Shown: piece after piece, positions 47,019-56,522 of the stretch | Layout of the letters: each line of letters begins with the position of its first letter | How positions within the stretch are numbered: position 1 is the stretch's first letter | NCBI GenBank assembly: GCA_902385225.1 | Contig: CABMEU010000024.1 | Location: 5,606-69,605, forward strand | DNA length: 64,000 bases | Direction: 5' to 3' | Origin: an uncultured archaeon | Lineage (GTDB): Archaea > Iainarchaeota > Iainarchaeia > Iainarchaeales > JAAZKV01 | The notes under the pieces: generated by a model | The model's database searches: none | Seen by the model: only the letters and a program-made list of their open reading frames with translations | Told to the model about the DNA's origin: nothing | Translations under genes and position numbers: made by a program

Positions 47019-48398
47019 TTAAGAAATAATCATTTTTCCCTTAGGCGGCGCATTTCCCCGAATTTCTTTAAGTATGCTTTCTGCTTTTCCCTGATTTACT
47101 TCTCTTGCTTCAACCATTCTTTGGGCGACCTCATCAATTTCTTTTTCAGTAGCGCCCGCCTGCACCGCAATGTTTTTTGCATGGAGCTTCATGTGGCCTG
47201 ATTGTATCCCCGCGGTTACTATCGCCCTCAACGCGGCAAAATTTTGTGATAATCCCACAGAAGCAATCACGCGCGCTAGTTCCTGCGCGGTTTTTACTCC
47301 AAGAATTTTAAGTGAGAGCTGCGCCATCGGGTGAATTTTTGTCGCGCCGCCGACGAGCCCAAGCGCAAGCGGAAGCTCAATTTCTCCAACTAAATCCCCG
47401 TTTTTATTTTTATAATATTTTGTAAGAGGAGTATAATTTCTTTGATAGCACGCATATGCGTGCGCGCCCGCTTCTATTGCGCGAAAATCATTTCCAGTCG
47501 CGATTACTACCGCGTCAATTCCATTCATTACTCCCTTGTTGTGCGTTGTTGCTCTAAATGGAGTTGCTACCGCAAACGCGTATGCGTCAAGTATTCTTTC
47601 AATTATTTCTTCCCCCTTAACTTCGCCTTTTGTGCTCTCATTAAGCATTTCTTTTGTCCAAACGGTTGTTGCGCTTGCCTTTCTGTAAATCGCAAGGTTG
47701 GAAATTATTTTTAGCCGCGCGTCCATCCCCGTGAGTTCTTCAAGTTTTGGGGCGAGTTTCTCAAGCATTGTGTTTATCGCGTTTGCGCCCATCGCGTCTC
47801 TTACATCAACAAGTAATTGCACTTCAATCATTTCGCCCCTCTCGGTCTTTAGCACTGTGGAGATTAAGTCTTTTGGTCCGCCCCCAAATTTCACGAGTAT
47901 TGGGTCAACGGTTTTTAAGAATTCCAATAGCTCTTTTTTTGCGGTCACAATTTTCAGCGCTGCGTTTGTAACATTCCCGTTGCTTGCGGTTGAGGGGCTC
48001 CCAGCGGGGTTTCCGTTTGAAGTTCCTATTACATTCTCGGAAGGATTTTCTGAAACTAACTGCACTTGCCCTATCATTATCGGGTCATCCGCTTTTGTTG
48101 TGAATCCACAGCTTAATTTCGCGCCGTTGCTTGCGGCGGCAACCACGCTTGGCTCTTCAAGAACAAAAGGAACAATGTAGTCTTTTCCATCAATAACAAA
48201 ATTAGTTGCAAGCCCCATGGGAAGCGGATACGTGCCTATTACGTTCTCAATTAATCTATTAGCCACTTCAAAAGGAAGCGGTCCTTCTTTTGTGAGAAGC
48301 GTTTTTTCAGAATCATTCATCGCGAATTCTCTTGCGGCTATTCGCTGGCGCTCGGCTATGCTCTTTTTGTAGAACCCTGCGAAATTTTCTTTATTCAT
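47019..48398 (-). CDS. mvaA: HMG-CoA reductase, class II
   Basis: ENVIG, EEPSVVAA, DAMGAN, THNKG, GNDFRA and GHMKLH motifs. Confidence 0.95.
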   Translation of the reverse strand: MNKENFAGFYKKSIAERQRIAAREFAMNDSEKTLLTKEGPLPFEVANRLIENVIGTYPLPMGLATNFVIDGKDYIVPFVLEEPSVVAAASNGAKLSCGFTTKADDPIMIGQVQLVSENPSENVIGTSNGNPAGSPSTASNGNVTNAALKIVTAKKELLEFLKTVDPILVKFGGGPKDLISTVLKTERGEMIEVQLLVDVRDAMGANAINTMLEKLAPKLEELTGMDARLKIISNLAIYRKASATTVWTKEMLNESTKGEVKGEEIIERILDAYAFAVATPFRATTHNKGVMNGIDAVVIATGNDFRAIEAGAHAYACYQRNYTPLTKYYKNKNGDLVGEIELPLALGLVGGATKIHPMAQLSLKILGVKTAQELARVIASVGLSQNFAALRAIVTAGIQSGHMKLHAKNIAVQAGATEKEIDEVAQRMVEAREVNQGKAESILKEIRGNAPPKGKMIIS

Positions 48399-48500
48399 CT
48401 GCTCACCAAAATAAATACTCTCATTGTGTAATAAATATAAATCATGCCTCTGCTCTTAACTCTTTGGAGTTCTGTTTTTCTCAAAGTAAATCAAATGGAA

Positions 48501-49298
48501 TCATGCTTTTGGGCGGAGTATATGAAGAGGGGCTTTTGAGAAGGAAATTGTCACTTTGTCGCCTTTTGTTAGGTATCTGGGGTTTGCGGAGTCAAGCACA
48601 AGAATCATTTCCTCTTTTTTTGCGGTTAAGTTGAATTTTGTTTCCGGGCTTGAGAGTATTCTGCCAAATAATATTGCGGGCATCTGTCCGCCGCTGCCCT
48701 TATGCGCCTCTCTGACTAAAAATCTTGCCTCATTTAATTCGCAGTCAAATGGTTTTCCCTTTGCGGAGGCAAACCAGGAAGTGCTTCCTGTTCCTGTCGC
48801 GATTAAAACGCCTGAGCTCTTTTGTGATTCGGTTTTATCCCCAAAATTAATCTCATACTCTGCGAGTTTATAGGCTTTTTCGGAGCCGAAGAACACCTCG
48901 TTTAATACCGGCTCTTCAAGAGGGAAACCATTTATGCTTACAAGTAGTCTCTCGCGCACCCCTTCAGAATAATTTCCTTCAATAATACTCTCAAGTTTTG
49001 CAAGTTCTAAAATCCCAAAGCTTGAAAGCGCGCATGCTCCAGGATGGCTTTCAAGCCCGATGCAAACAACAGGCTGATTTGACACAAATCTGCATGTGCG
49101 AAGAAATGTTCCGTCAGTGCCGACTATTATTATAAGCGCGCCCGCCGGCAAATCTTCTTTTAATAAAATTGAGGCGGGTTTCTTTTTGCAGGAGATTTTC
49201 TTTGCGCGAAGCATTCTCTCAATTTCTTTTAGCGCGCTCCTTGTAGCAATATCCGGAACCTCTCTGTGAACGAGAAGCGCTTTTCTAAATTTTGCCAT
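48501..49298 (-). CDS. NAD kinase family protein
   Basis: GTDGT (GGDG variant), VLNE and SSGVLIATGTGSTSW motifs. Confidence 0.8.
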   Translation of the reverse strand: MAKFRKALLVHREVPDIATRSALKEIERMLRAKKISCKKKPASILLKEDLPAGALIIIVGTDGTFLRTCRFVSNQPVVCIGLESHPGACALSSFGILELAKLESIIEGNYSEGVRERLLVSINGFPLEEPVLNEVFFGSEKAYKLAEYEINFGDKTESQKSSGVLIATGTGSTSWFASAKGKPFDCELNEARFLVREAHKGSGGQMPAILFGRILSSPETKFNLTAKKEEMILVLDSANPRYLTKGDKVTISFSKAPLHILRPKA

Positions 49299-49376
49299 TT
49301 TTAATCACTAAGAATAAGCTTGGTTGGTATTAAATTTCTTTGTCTTCGGGTTCTAAGCAGAAGGATTATTTCAATT

Positions 49377-50726
49377 TTATATGTCTTTATTTGAGTGGTC
49401 AACCTTTGGAACAACCTTTTCCGCTTCATCGATTCTTTTTATTCCCATTGCGGCGTCGGCGGTTTTTCCGTCAAGGTATTTTATTATTTGCTGTGCGGCT
49501 TCTCTTCCCGCGTTTATTGCGTGAATTACTGTTTTTGGTCCGTGAACGCAGTCGCCAGCGGCGAATACGTTTGGTAAAATAGTCTGATGCTTTTCATTTA
49601 CCTGTATGCACCCGTCTTTTTCTGTTCGAAGAGGGGCTTTTAGAGAATCTTCATCATCGTGCTCCTGTCCTATCGCGTAAATCGCTTTTGTGCACTCAAG
49701 CTCTCCCTTAACATGATTCTCATAAATAATTTTTTCAACTTTTTCGTTTCCGGCAAATTCTTTTGCTTTTACTCCGAACAAGAATTTTACACCCTCTTCT
49801 TTTGCTTCTTCATAATCTTTTGGAGAGACATTTTTGAAAGCGTCTTTTTCTTCAGCAAAAGTCATGCAGGTCACATCTCCCCCAAGGCGCAGCGCGCTTC
49901 TTGCGGAATCAATTCCAACATATCCTGCCCCGATTATTACAACTTTTTCTCCCGGGGAAATCATCGGGATATTGCTTTGATTTAAATTTACTAAGAACTT
50001 CATCGCTGACATTACTCCCTTTAATCCAGAACCGGGGATATCAAGCACGCGTGATTTTCCTACTCCTGTTCCGACGAATACCGCGTCAAATCTTGTTGAA
50101 ATGCTTTCGAGTGATTCTTCGTTCACTTTCGCGTTCGGCTCAAAATCGATTCCGAGTTCGTGAAGTCCGGCTAGTTCTTTTGCAACCACGCTTTTTGGGA
50201 GGCGAAATTCCGGAACGCCGTATTTTATTACTCCGCCAAAAGAATTCGTTCCCTCAAACACGGTTACATGCATCCCGATTTGCGAGAGGTATGCCGCTAC
50301 TGCGAGCCCCGAGGGACCTGAGCCTATAATCGCGATTTTTTTTCCAACTAAGTTGTGGCGGGGAGGGTGAGGAGAATTATCTCCAATGAATCTTTCTATT
50401 CCTCCGATGCATACGGCGCCTTGAGGAGATTTTCCTAGGATGCATGCTCCTTCGCATTGCTTTTCCTGCTGGCATATTCTTCCGCAGATGCTTGGAAAAA
50501 AGTTTTTTTCTCTGATAATATTAACGGCTTTTACTACATCCCCTTCTCTAAAAGCTTTAATAAATCCGGGAATATTTACTCCGGCGGGGCATCCTTTTAT
50601 ACAGCCGGGTTCTTTGCATTGAATGCAGCGGTTTGCTTCCGCAATTGCAGCATCAAGAGTAAAGCCCACCTCGACTTCCTTAAAAGTGGTTTTTCTTTCT
50701 GCAAGCGCGAGTAATGGAACCTTCAT
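49377..50726 (-). CDS. GltD/SudA/NfnB-like Fe-S flavoprotein (NAD(P)H-dependent oxidoreductase)
   Basis: RCIQC...CIKGCP, CGRIC...CEGAC, IGSGPSG, YGVPEFRL and FAAGD motifs. Confidence 0.9.
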   Translation of the reverse strand: MKVPLLALAERKTTFKEVEVGFTLDAAIAEANRCIQCKEPGCIKGCPAGVNIPGFIKAFREGDVVKAVNIIREKNFFPSICGRICQQEKQCEGACILGKSPQGAVCIGGIERFIGDNSPHPPRHNLVGKKIAIIGSGPSGLAVAAYLSQIGMHVTVFEGTNSFGGVIKYGVPEFRLPKSVVAKELAGLHELGIDFEPNAKVNEESLESISTRFDAVFVGTGVGKSRVLDIPGSGLKGVMSAMKFLVNLNQSNIPMISPGEKVVIIGAGYVGIDSARSALRLGGDVTCMTFAEEKDAFKNVSPKDYEEAKEEGVKFLFGVKAKEFAGNEKVEKIIYENHVKGELECTKAIYAIGQEHDDEDSLKAPLRTEKDGCIQVNEKHQTILPNVFAAGDCVHGPKTVIHAINAGREAAQQIIKYLDGKTADAAMGIKRIDEAEKVVPKVDHSNKDI

Positions 50727-50847
50727 CCGTTAACACCCTAAATACCCAAAAATTATCCTTTAATTTGTCTTCCAACGACAAGCCCTAACTATGCTTTCCA
50801 CTAAAGCGCTCACCATACGCTTGGAACAGATTATTTGGGAGTGGCAG

Positions 50848-50892
50848 TATAAAAAGCTTTGTAAAAAGCGAAGTCCTTTACGGCAATTGACG
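50848..50892 (-). promoter_or_regulatory. Promoter of the GltD/NfnB-like gene: TATA box plus conserved motif (copy 3)
   Basis: TATA at 50848-50855; CGAA at 50869; TACGGCAATTGACG at 50879-50892. Confidence 0.7.
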
Positions 50893-50913
50893 AACAGGTT
50901 TTGATTTTTGGTT

Positions 50914-52089
50914 TTAATTATAATCCACATTTGCGCCGTTTCTTATTATTGTCATTTTGATTGCTCTTTCCGCGTCCCCAAGGGCATTGATTTTGTATTT
51001 GCCGCTAACCCCATTCACTTCTCTAATTCCCTTAACATAAGCTGTAATGCATTCTGCTTGTCCTCCGCTGAGGGCTTGTCCTCCGCCGAGGGCTTGTCCT
51101 CCGCCGGGTGAATCTTCTCCGCATGCCCCTATCGCGCTCCTTAGTATCATGTAGTTATCATATCCAAGCGCCGCATATAATTCAGAGTCGCCGGAGGAGA
51201 ACCTTGCGCGATAATCCGCGAAAAACTTTTTTGTTGCCTCTGAATTAGCATCATAAGCGTATTGTGAGACTATTGTTCCTTCTGATATTCCCCCAAGCGC
51301 AAGCACCGGCTTAAATGCAAAGCTCTCGTTTCCGATTATTTGTTTTGTTATTCCAAGTTCCTTTGCCTGTTTTAATGAAATTATTCCTGTGGGCGCGGCG
51401 AGTATGAGAATCAGTATTGCGTCAGCATTTGTATCATTAAGTCTTGTGAGCTGTGTTTTGACATCAGTGTCCTTTGAGCCGAACGCTTCTTCGCCGACAA
51501 TGCTTCCCCCAAGCGACTCAAAACTTTGCTTAAACGAATCCTTCCATCCAATCGGATAATCATTTAACTCATACATTACCGCAATTTTTCTAAAGCCTTT
51601 TGAGTAAGCAACTTCAGCGGTTTTTGCAGCCATATCAACGGAGGAAGAGGAAATTCTAAAAAAGTTTTTCCCAATTCCAGAGAGTTTTGGGCTTGCGGCT
51701 ACGGGGGAGGAAAGCGAGAACGCGTTTTCATTTGCGTAAGCCGCAATTGCGATTGTTTGCCCGCTGAAAGCCGAAACAATTATTTTAGAAGAATCAACTT
51801 CAACAAGTTTTTTTGCGGCTGATAGGCCGGTGGCGGGGTCTGTTTTGTCATCCTCAAAAATAACCTGAATCTTTTTCCCATTAATATCAGGAAACTCTTC
51901 ATTCGCAAGTTCAAATCCCTGCTTTGCGCTAATCCCGGTTCCCGCCCCCGGACCCGAAAGCGGCGCGATAAAGCCGATTTTTATTATTTTATTATCAGCA
52001 GATTCTTTTACAGGAATTGTATAATAATTCAAGGCAAGCGCAACAATAAGTACTGCAATCAAAATTATAAGCGCATGAAATTTTTTCAT
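50914..52089 (-). CDS. LivK-like ABC transporter substrate-binding protein
   Basis: N-terminal TM anchor; IKIGFIAPLSG, EDDKTDP, FFRI, ALGYD and GVSG motifs. Confidence 0.88.
   Translation of the reverse strand: MKKFHALIILIAVLIVALALNYYTIPVKESADNKIIKIGFIAPLSGPGAGTGISAKQGFELANEEFPDINGKKIQVIFEDDKTDPATGLSAAKKLVEVDSSKIIVSAFSGQTIAIAAYANENAFSLSSPVAASPKLSGIGKNFFRISSSSVDMAAKTAEVAYSKGFRKIAVMYELNDYPIGWKDSFKQSFESLGGSIVGEEAFGSKDTDVKTQLTRLNDTNADAILILILAAPTGIISLKQAKELGITKQIIGNESFAFKPVLALGGISEGTIVSQYAYDANSEATKKFFADYRARFSSGDSELYAALGYDNYMILRSAIGACGEDSPGGGQALGGGQALSGGQAECITAYVKGIREVNGVSGKYKINALGDAERAIKMTIIRNGANVDYN
51056..51107. repeat. 18-bp in-frame tandem repeat, about 3 copies
   Basis: GCTTGTCCTCCGCYGAGG x3, encoding GGGQAL/GGGQAL/SGGQA. 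Confidence 0.9.
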
Positions 52090-52123
52090 TTAATCACTAA
52101 AAGTAAGTATAATTTAGGAGGAA

Positions 52124-53170
52124 TTAATTCTCCATCCATTCCTTTAATTTTCCAAGAATTATCGGTTTCTCGGAGTGGAGCTGCGCGATGTTTTTGCATC
52201 CGACAAGGAAGGATGCTATCTCCATTTCTTTCTTCAAATCAGTTAATTGTTTTTTTATTCCGGCGCTTCCGTTTTTTGTCTGTGCTTTTAGCATTGGCAT
52301 CGCGCTTCCAACCATATCCGCTCCAAGCACAAGCGCTTTTACGGCATCAATTCCGTTTCTTATTCCTCCGGAGGCGATTACTTTTTTTCCTGTGCCGTGT
52401 ATTGCGCTCTTTACCTGCATTAATGAAACGGCAGTAGGCAAACCAAAATCCCTGAAAATTTCTCCAAATCCGGTTTTGTGTCTTAGTGAATCAACAGCTG
52501 TCCAGCTTGTTCCGCCCGCTCCCTGTGTGTCAATCGCTTTTATTTTTGTATCCTTTAGTGCAAATGCAACTTCATATGATACTCCGTGTCCTACTTCTTT
52601 CACATAAACTGGAACGCTGATTTTGTCCGCGAACTCGGCGATTTTTTCAATTAGCCCCGAGAAATCCGCGTCCCCTTCGGGTTGAACCGCTTCCTGCGCT
52701 GCATTGAGATGTATTGCGAGCGCATCGGCTTCAATTGCGCCAAGCGCGCCGTTTAAGTCGTCAGGAGAGAATTGTTTTAATTGCGCGGCGCCAATATTTC
52801 CGGCAAGGAAAATATCCGGAGCCACATCTCTTACAAAATAAGTTTCTGTTAATGATGGGTGCTGCAGCATTGCTCTCATGCTTCCAAGACCCATTCCTAT
52901 TCCGATTGCCTGACACGCCTCTGCGATATCAGTATTAACTTTCTTTGATACTGCCGCTCCGCCGGTAATTGCGGAAACAATAAATGGAAATGAAAACTTT
53001 TTTCCTAAAAACTCAGTGCTCAAATCAACATCATTCATGCTTATTTGTGGTAGGCACTTATAATTTAGTTCAACGCACTCAAGCAGAGTGGTTTTTTCGT
53101 GGAACGAAACGTCCTTTGTGGCGGAGAGCCTCAAGTGATCGGCTTTTCGTTTTTCGATTTGCGACACCAT
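52124..53170 (-). CDS. fni: Type 2 isopentenyl-diphosphate delta-isomerase
   Basis: RKADH, AITGG, GSMR, NIG, HLN, KEVGHG, GGTSW and SGGIR motifs. Confidence 0.96.
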   Translation of the reverse strand: MVSQIEKRKADHLRLSATKDVSFHEKTTLLECVELNYKCLPQISMNDVDLSTEFLGKKFSFPFIVSAITGGAAVSKKVNTDIAEACQAIGIGMGLGSMRAMLQHPSLTETYFVRDVAPDIFLAGNIGAAQLKQFSPDDLNGALGAIEADALAIHLNAAQEAVQPEGDADFSGLIEKIAEFADKISVPVYVKEVGHGVSYEVAFALKDTKIKAIDTQGAGGTSWTAVDSLRHKTGFGEIFRDFGLPTAVSLMQVKSAIHGTGKKVIASGGIRNGIDAVKALVLGADMVGSAMPMLKAQTKNGSAGIKKQLTDLKKEMEIASFLVGCKNIAQLHSEKPIILGKLKEWMEN

Positions 53171-53181
53171 AAATAACACCA

Positions 53182-53907
53182 TTAATTTTTCAATAAATTG
53201 TGTTTCCTTCTAAACGCCAGTTCCGCTTCAGTGAACACCGCTTTTTCCTTCCCAAGAATATTTGCTATTTCCGCTTCTGCCTCAACTTTAACTAGCGTCA
53301 TTACAGAAAAATCAACTCCCACATAAAGCGGGTTTTTTCTCCCAGTTGGGTGAAATACAAGCAGGGTTTTTACTGCATCACCCATATTTGCGTCGCTTTT
53401 TGCAAACTCTTTCTCGCTTCTCCCATACTTTGCGAGTTCTGCCTGCGCCCGCCCCACAAACTGCTGCAACCCAACTACACTTTCCCCCGCTTTTTTGTCC
53501 CTTTTGATTCTCTCATTTAAATTCTTAATTAAATACCTGCAAAGTTTTTTTGCGGCTCTTTCTTCGCAGACTCCTTTATTGCCTCTTGCAATAGCTGCGG
53601 CCTTCGCTATTCTAAATAAATCAAGTGTGTGGTGCATCTGCGCCCAGGGCATTCCAATTTCTTTGAGAAGTTCTCTTCTCTTTGCCATTACAGCCTCATT
53701 TCTCTCCGCAAACACCGCAAGCGGTTTTTCTAATTTGGGTATTATCCCCAGTGAAGGATTGTAAGAAAGAGGGTATTTTCTTCCAAGAAGTACTTCCCGT
53801 CTTGCATTTCTCTGTGAGTATCTTGAGGGCAGTGAAATATTCTTTACAGCCTGCCTTACAGTCCGGCCAGCTAATTTTAGTCCTGAGATTTTTTGCATAA
53901 ATTTCAC
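53182..53907 (-). CDS. Basic hypothetical protein between GGPP synthase and IDI-2
   Basis: 241-aa Arg/Lys-rich ORF abutting both neighbours. Confidence 0.7.
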   Translation of the reverse strand: MKFMQKISGLKLAGRTVRQAVKNISLPSRYSQRNARREVLLGRKYPLSYNPSLGIIPKLEKPLAVFAERNEAVMAKRRELLKEIGMPWAQMHHTLDLFRIAKAAAIARGNKGVCEERAAKKLCRYLIKNLNERIKRDKKAGESVVGLQQFVGRAQAELAKYGRSEKEFAKSDANMGDAVKTLLVFHPTGRKNPLYVGVDFSVMTLVKVEAEAEIANILGKEKAVFTEAELAFRRKHNLLKN

Positions 53908-53908
53908 T

Positions 53909-54994
53909 TCAGATTTTCCTATCCACCAAATACTCGGCGAATTTCTTCAGCATTATTTTTGCATTGTTCTCTGGAAGAACTTTGTCAACTTTCTTCCACG
54001 CATCCTCAATTAATTTCTCAGCGGTTTTCTTTGAGTACGCGATTCCATCATACTTGTTAATTATATCAAGCGCTTCTTGGATTACTTTCTCGTCGCTAGT
54101 GTGCGAGTCAAGTATCTCCACTAATCTTTTCTTATCAGATGAATTTGCTTTCTCAAGTGTCCTAATAATTATTAGTGTTCTTTTTCCTTCGTGTATGTCT
54201 CCGCCTATAGAACCTTTTTTTTCCTTAAAGCTTGTTTCCGTTAATTCTAATATATCATCCTGTATCTGAAACCCCACTCCGACTATTTGCCCAAAATCTC
54301 CTAAGGCCTCGTATTGTTCCTGCGTTGCTCCGCCAACTATTGCGCCTAACTGGCAGGCGAATCTTGTGAGCACCCCAGTTTTACTTAAACACATATTCAA
54401 ATAGTGTTTTTCATTTGGAGTGAACCCGCCGTGGTGCCATGCGATGTCCCATGCCTGCCCCGAGCACACACGCAGGAGTTCTTTTGAATATAAATCATAA
54501 ATTTGTAGTTTTTTTGCGTCGCCGAGTTTGAATTCATCATTCATTATTTTTACAAGCGGCCAGTAGAACATTATTGTTCCTGTGTTTACAGCGGTATCAA
54601 CACCGAAGATTTTGTGTGTGCACGCCTTTCCTCTTCGCGCAACTGAATCGTCCTCAACATCATCCTGCATCAGCGTCCCGTTGTGAATTAGTTCAACCAT
54701 TGGGGCGAGTCTTAATGCTTCTTCCCATTTTCCTCCGACGGCTTCTGAGCAGATGCATGTCATTACCGGGCGGAATCTTTTTCCTCCGCGGTCAAGTAAA
54801 TCCCAAATCGGCTCATTTACGCCTTTAGTGTATGCTTCAAGGTCAAGCTCAAAAATGGTTTTTCCAAGAGCGTCCTCTATCCATTTTTTTGACGCCTTGC
54901 GCGGGATATAATTCTCAATCTCTTTTTCTACTTCGCCGACCTTTGATTTGAGGAATTCTTTTATCGGCATTTCGGATTCTTTTTTTGTAACCAT
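53909..54994 (-). CDS. Polyprenyl (probably geranylgeranyl) diphosphate synthase
   Basis: GGKRFRP, DDVED...RRG, GQ.WD, KT, FQIQDD and DIHEGK motifs. Confidence 0.93.
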   Translation of the reverse strand: MVTKKESEMPIKEFLKSKVGEVEKEIENYIPRKASKKWIEDALGKTIFELDLEAYTKGVNEPIWDLLDRGGKRFRPVMTCICSEAVGGKWEEALRLAPMVELIHNGTLMQDDVEDDSVARRGKACTHKIFGVDTAVNTGTIMFYWPLVKIMNDEFKLGDAKKLQIYDLYSKELLRVCSGQAWDIAWHHGGFTPNEKHYLNMCLSKTGVLTRFACQLGAIVGGATQEQYEALGDFGQIVGVGFQIQDDILELTETSFKEKKGSIGGDIHEGKRTLIIIRTLEKANSSDKKRLVEILDSHTSDEKVIQEALDIINKYDGIAYSKKTAEKLIEDAWKKVDKVLPENNAKIMLKKFAEYLVDRKI

Positions 54995-55070
54995 ATTATC
55001 AGCTTAATAGAAAGACTTGTGGTTTAACACATTAAAAAACATATCCTCTTGAAGGAAAAGAAGGGACTAT

Positions 55071-56522
55071 TTATACCCTAAAGAGCTGTTCTTCAAATTT
55101 CTTTCCAAGGAGAAGTAAGAATTCATCAATTTTTTCAGCTGGTACGCGCGCTCCTGCGGCTACTTTGTGCCCTCCGCCTTCAACTCCCTCAATTTCTGTG
55201 CCAATCTCTTTGAGGGCTTTTCCGATATTTAGCCCGCGCCGAACGAGTATAGCGGTTCCTCTTCCTGAAACCTTCATTGTGCCGTCATTGTTCCTTGCAA
55301 GCGCAATAATTGGTTTGTTCTCGTCAATCACCGAGCCGTATAGCATACCCGCAATTATCCCAACTAGTGATTCTTCTATCTGGTCCGCCGCGTCAAAAAA
55401 ATAAAATGATTTTCTTTCATCTATTCCATGCTGATTAACAAATTCTATTCCTCTCCTTAGCGCGGTTCTATGTTCCTCAAGCATCGCAACCGCTTCGCCG
55501 AATTTTCCCGCGGGATTTCTATCACCCAAACAAATAGCAAGCCCAATTTCCGGCTTTTTGTGTCTGCCGCACGCGTTAAGCGCTGTCGCAAATTCTTTTC
55601 CATCGCGAAGCGGACTCTTTTTGGCTTCTTTTGTGAAAGCATAAGTTTCTCCAATTAATTGTTTTATTTTCCATTCCTCAACCCCCACAGAAATCATGTG
55701 GGTTATTAGAGCTGTTGAGAATATTTTTTTCTCTTCCTCTGAGAGGTCTTCATATGAGAGCCATTGCTCAGTAAATGGATCCTTAAGCGGTATCCCTATT
55801 TCCGCAAGAAACGCTTTGCAGTTATCCTCATTTGCGGTGAGTTCCGGAATTATTGGGTTTGAGGAATATGCGAGGTAAGAAACTAGTGGGCGGGAGATTC
55901 TTCCATAAAGCGCTAAATCTTTTTTTACAATTACAACTTTTGCTTCCTGCGCGATTTCAATTATTTTTCTGTTTAATCCAACTAACGCGGAGCCGGAGTT
56001 ATTGTCCTGCATGTCCCCTAGCGCACCAACAATTGCGAGCTGGGATAAATCAGCATTATTTTTATTTAGAGCCATCGCGAAAAAGAATGCGGCTCCTGCT
56101 CCTGAGAGTTCTGTTCCCCCGTTAATTCCAAACAAAAGCGGATTTGCGTGCCATTTTAATTCGAGCGGCTTTCCTTCATGCATCACTGGTTGATGATGAT
56201 CAATAATGAACAAATGCCCGTCAAATTCCTTGAGTAAATAATCCATTTGCCCCGAGCCAAAGTCAACAAATAAATAATTCTTTCCTAAGGCGCGGATTTC
56301 AGAAATATTTTCCTTATATAATTGCTTAAGACAGATGTGGGAAACCTTTTTTCCCTCGCGTTCAAGCGCCTTAATTGTGATTGCTCCGCTTGAAATCCCG
56401 TCAGCATCATAGTGATGAACCACAACTATCTCATCACGTTTCTTTATTTCGGCAGCCATTTTGTCAAGAAGAGCAAAAAACCCTTTTTCATCCCGTGCGC
56501 CAAGCGCTTCCCCGTAATGCAT
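55071..56522 (-). CDS. RecJ-like DHH/DHHA1 phosphoesterase, archaeal type
   Basis: DADG, DFGSG, DHH, LNACGR and GGGHKVAAG motifs. Confidence 0.9.
   Translation of the reverse strand: MHYGEALGARDEKGFFALLDKMAAEIKKRDEIVVVHHYDADGISSGAITIKALEREGKKVSHICLKQLYKENISEIRALGKNYLFVDFGSGQMDYLLKEFDGHLFIIDHHQPVMHEGKPLELKWHANPLLFGINGGTELSGAGAAFFFAMALNKNNADLSQLAIVGALGDMQDNNSGSALVGLNRKIIEIAQEAKVVIVKKDLALYGRISRPLVSYLAYSSNPIIPELTANEDNCKAFLAEIGIPLKDPFTEQWLSYEDLSEEEKKIFSTALITHMISVGVEEWKIKQLIGETYAFTKEAKKSPLRDGKEFATALNACGRHKKPEIGLAICLGDRNPAGKFGEAVAMLEEHRTALRRGIEFVNQHGIDERKSFYFFDAADQIEESLVGIIAGMLYGSVIDENKPIIALARNNDGTMKVSGRGTAILVRRGLNIGKALKEIGTEIEGVEGGGHKVAAGARVPAEKIDEFLLLLGKKFEEQLFRV

Noticed and set aside
50760..50816. 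Possible uORF MVSALVESIVRACRWKTN in the GltD/NfnB-like leader
   Set aside because: No clear RBS or informative codon bias, and the hairpins are short; support is insufficient.
23323..53908. Integron-like cassette explanation for the intercalated orphan genes
   Set aside because: Junctions are short and carry only RBS-like sequence; no shared attC-like site, terminal repeat or target-site duplication is visible.
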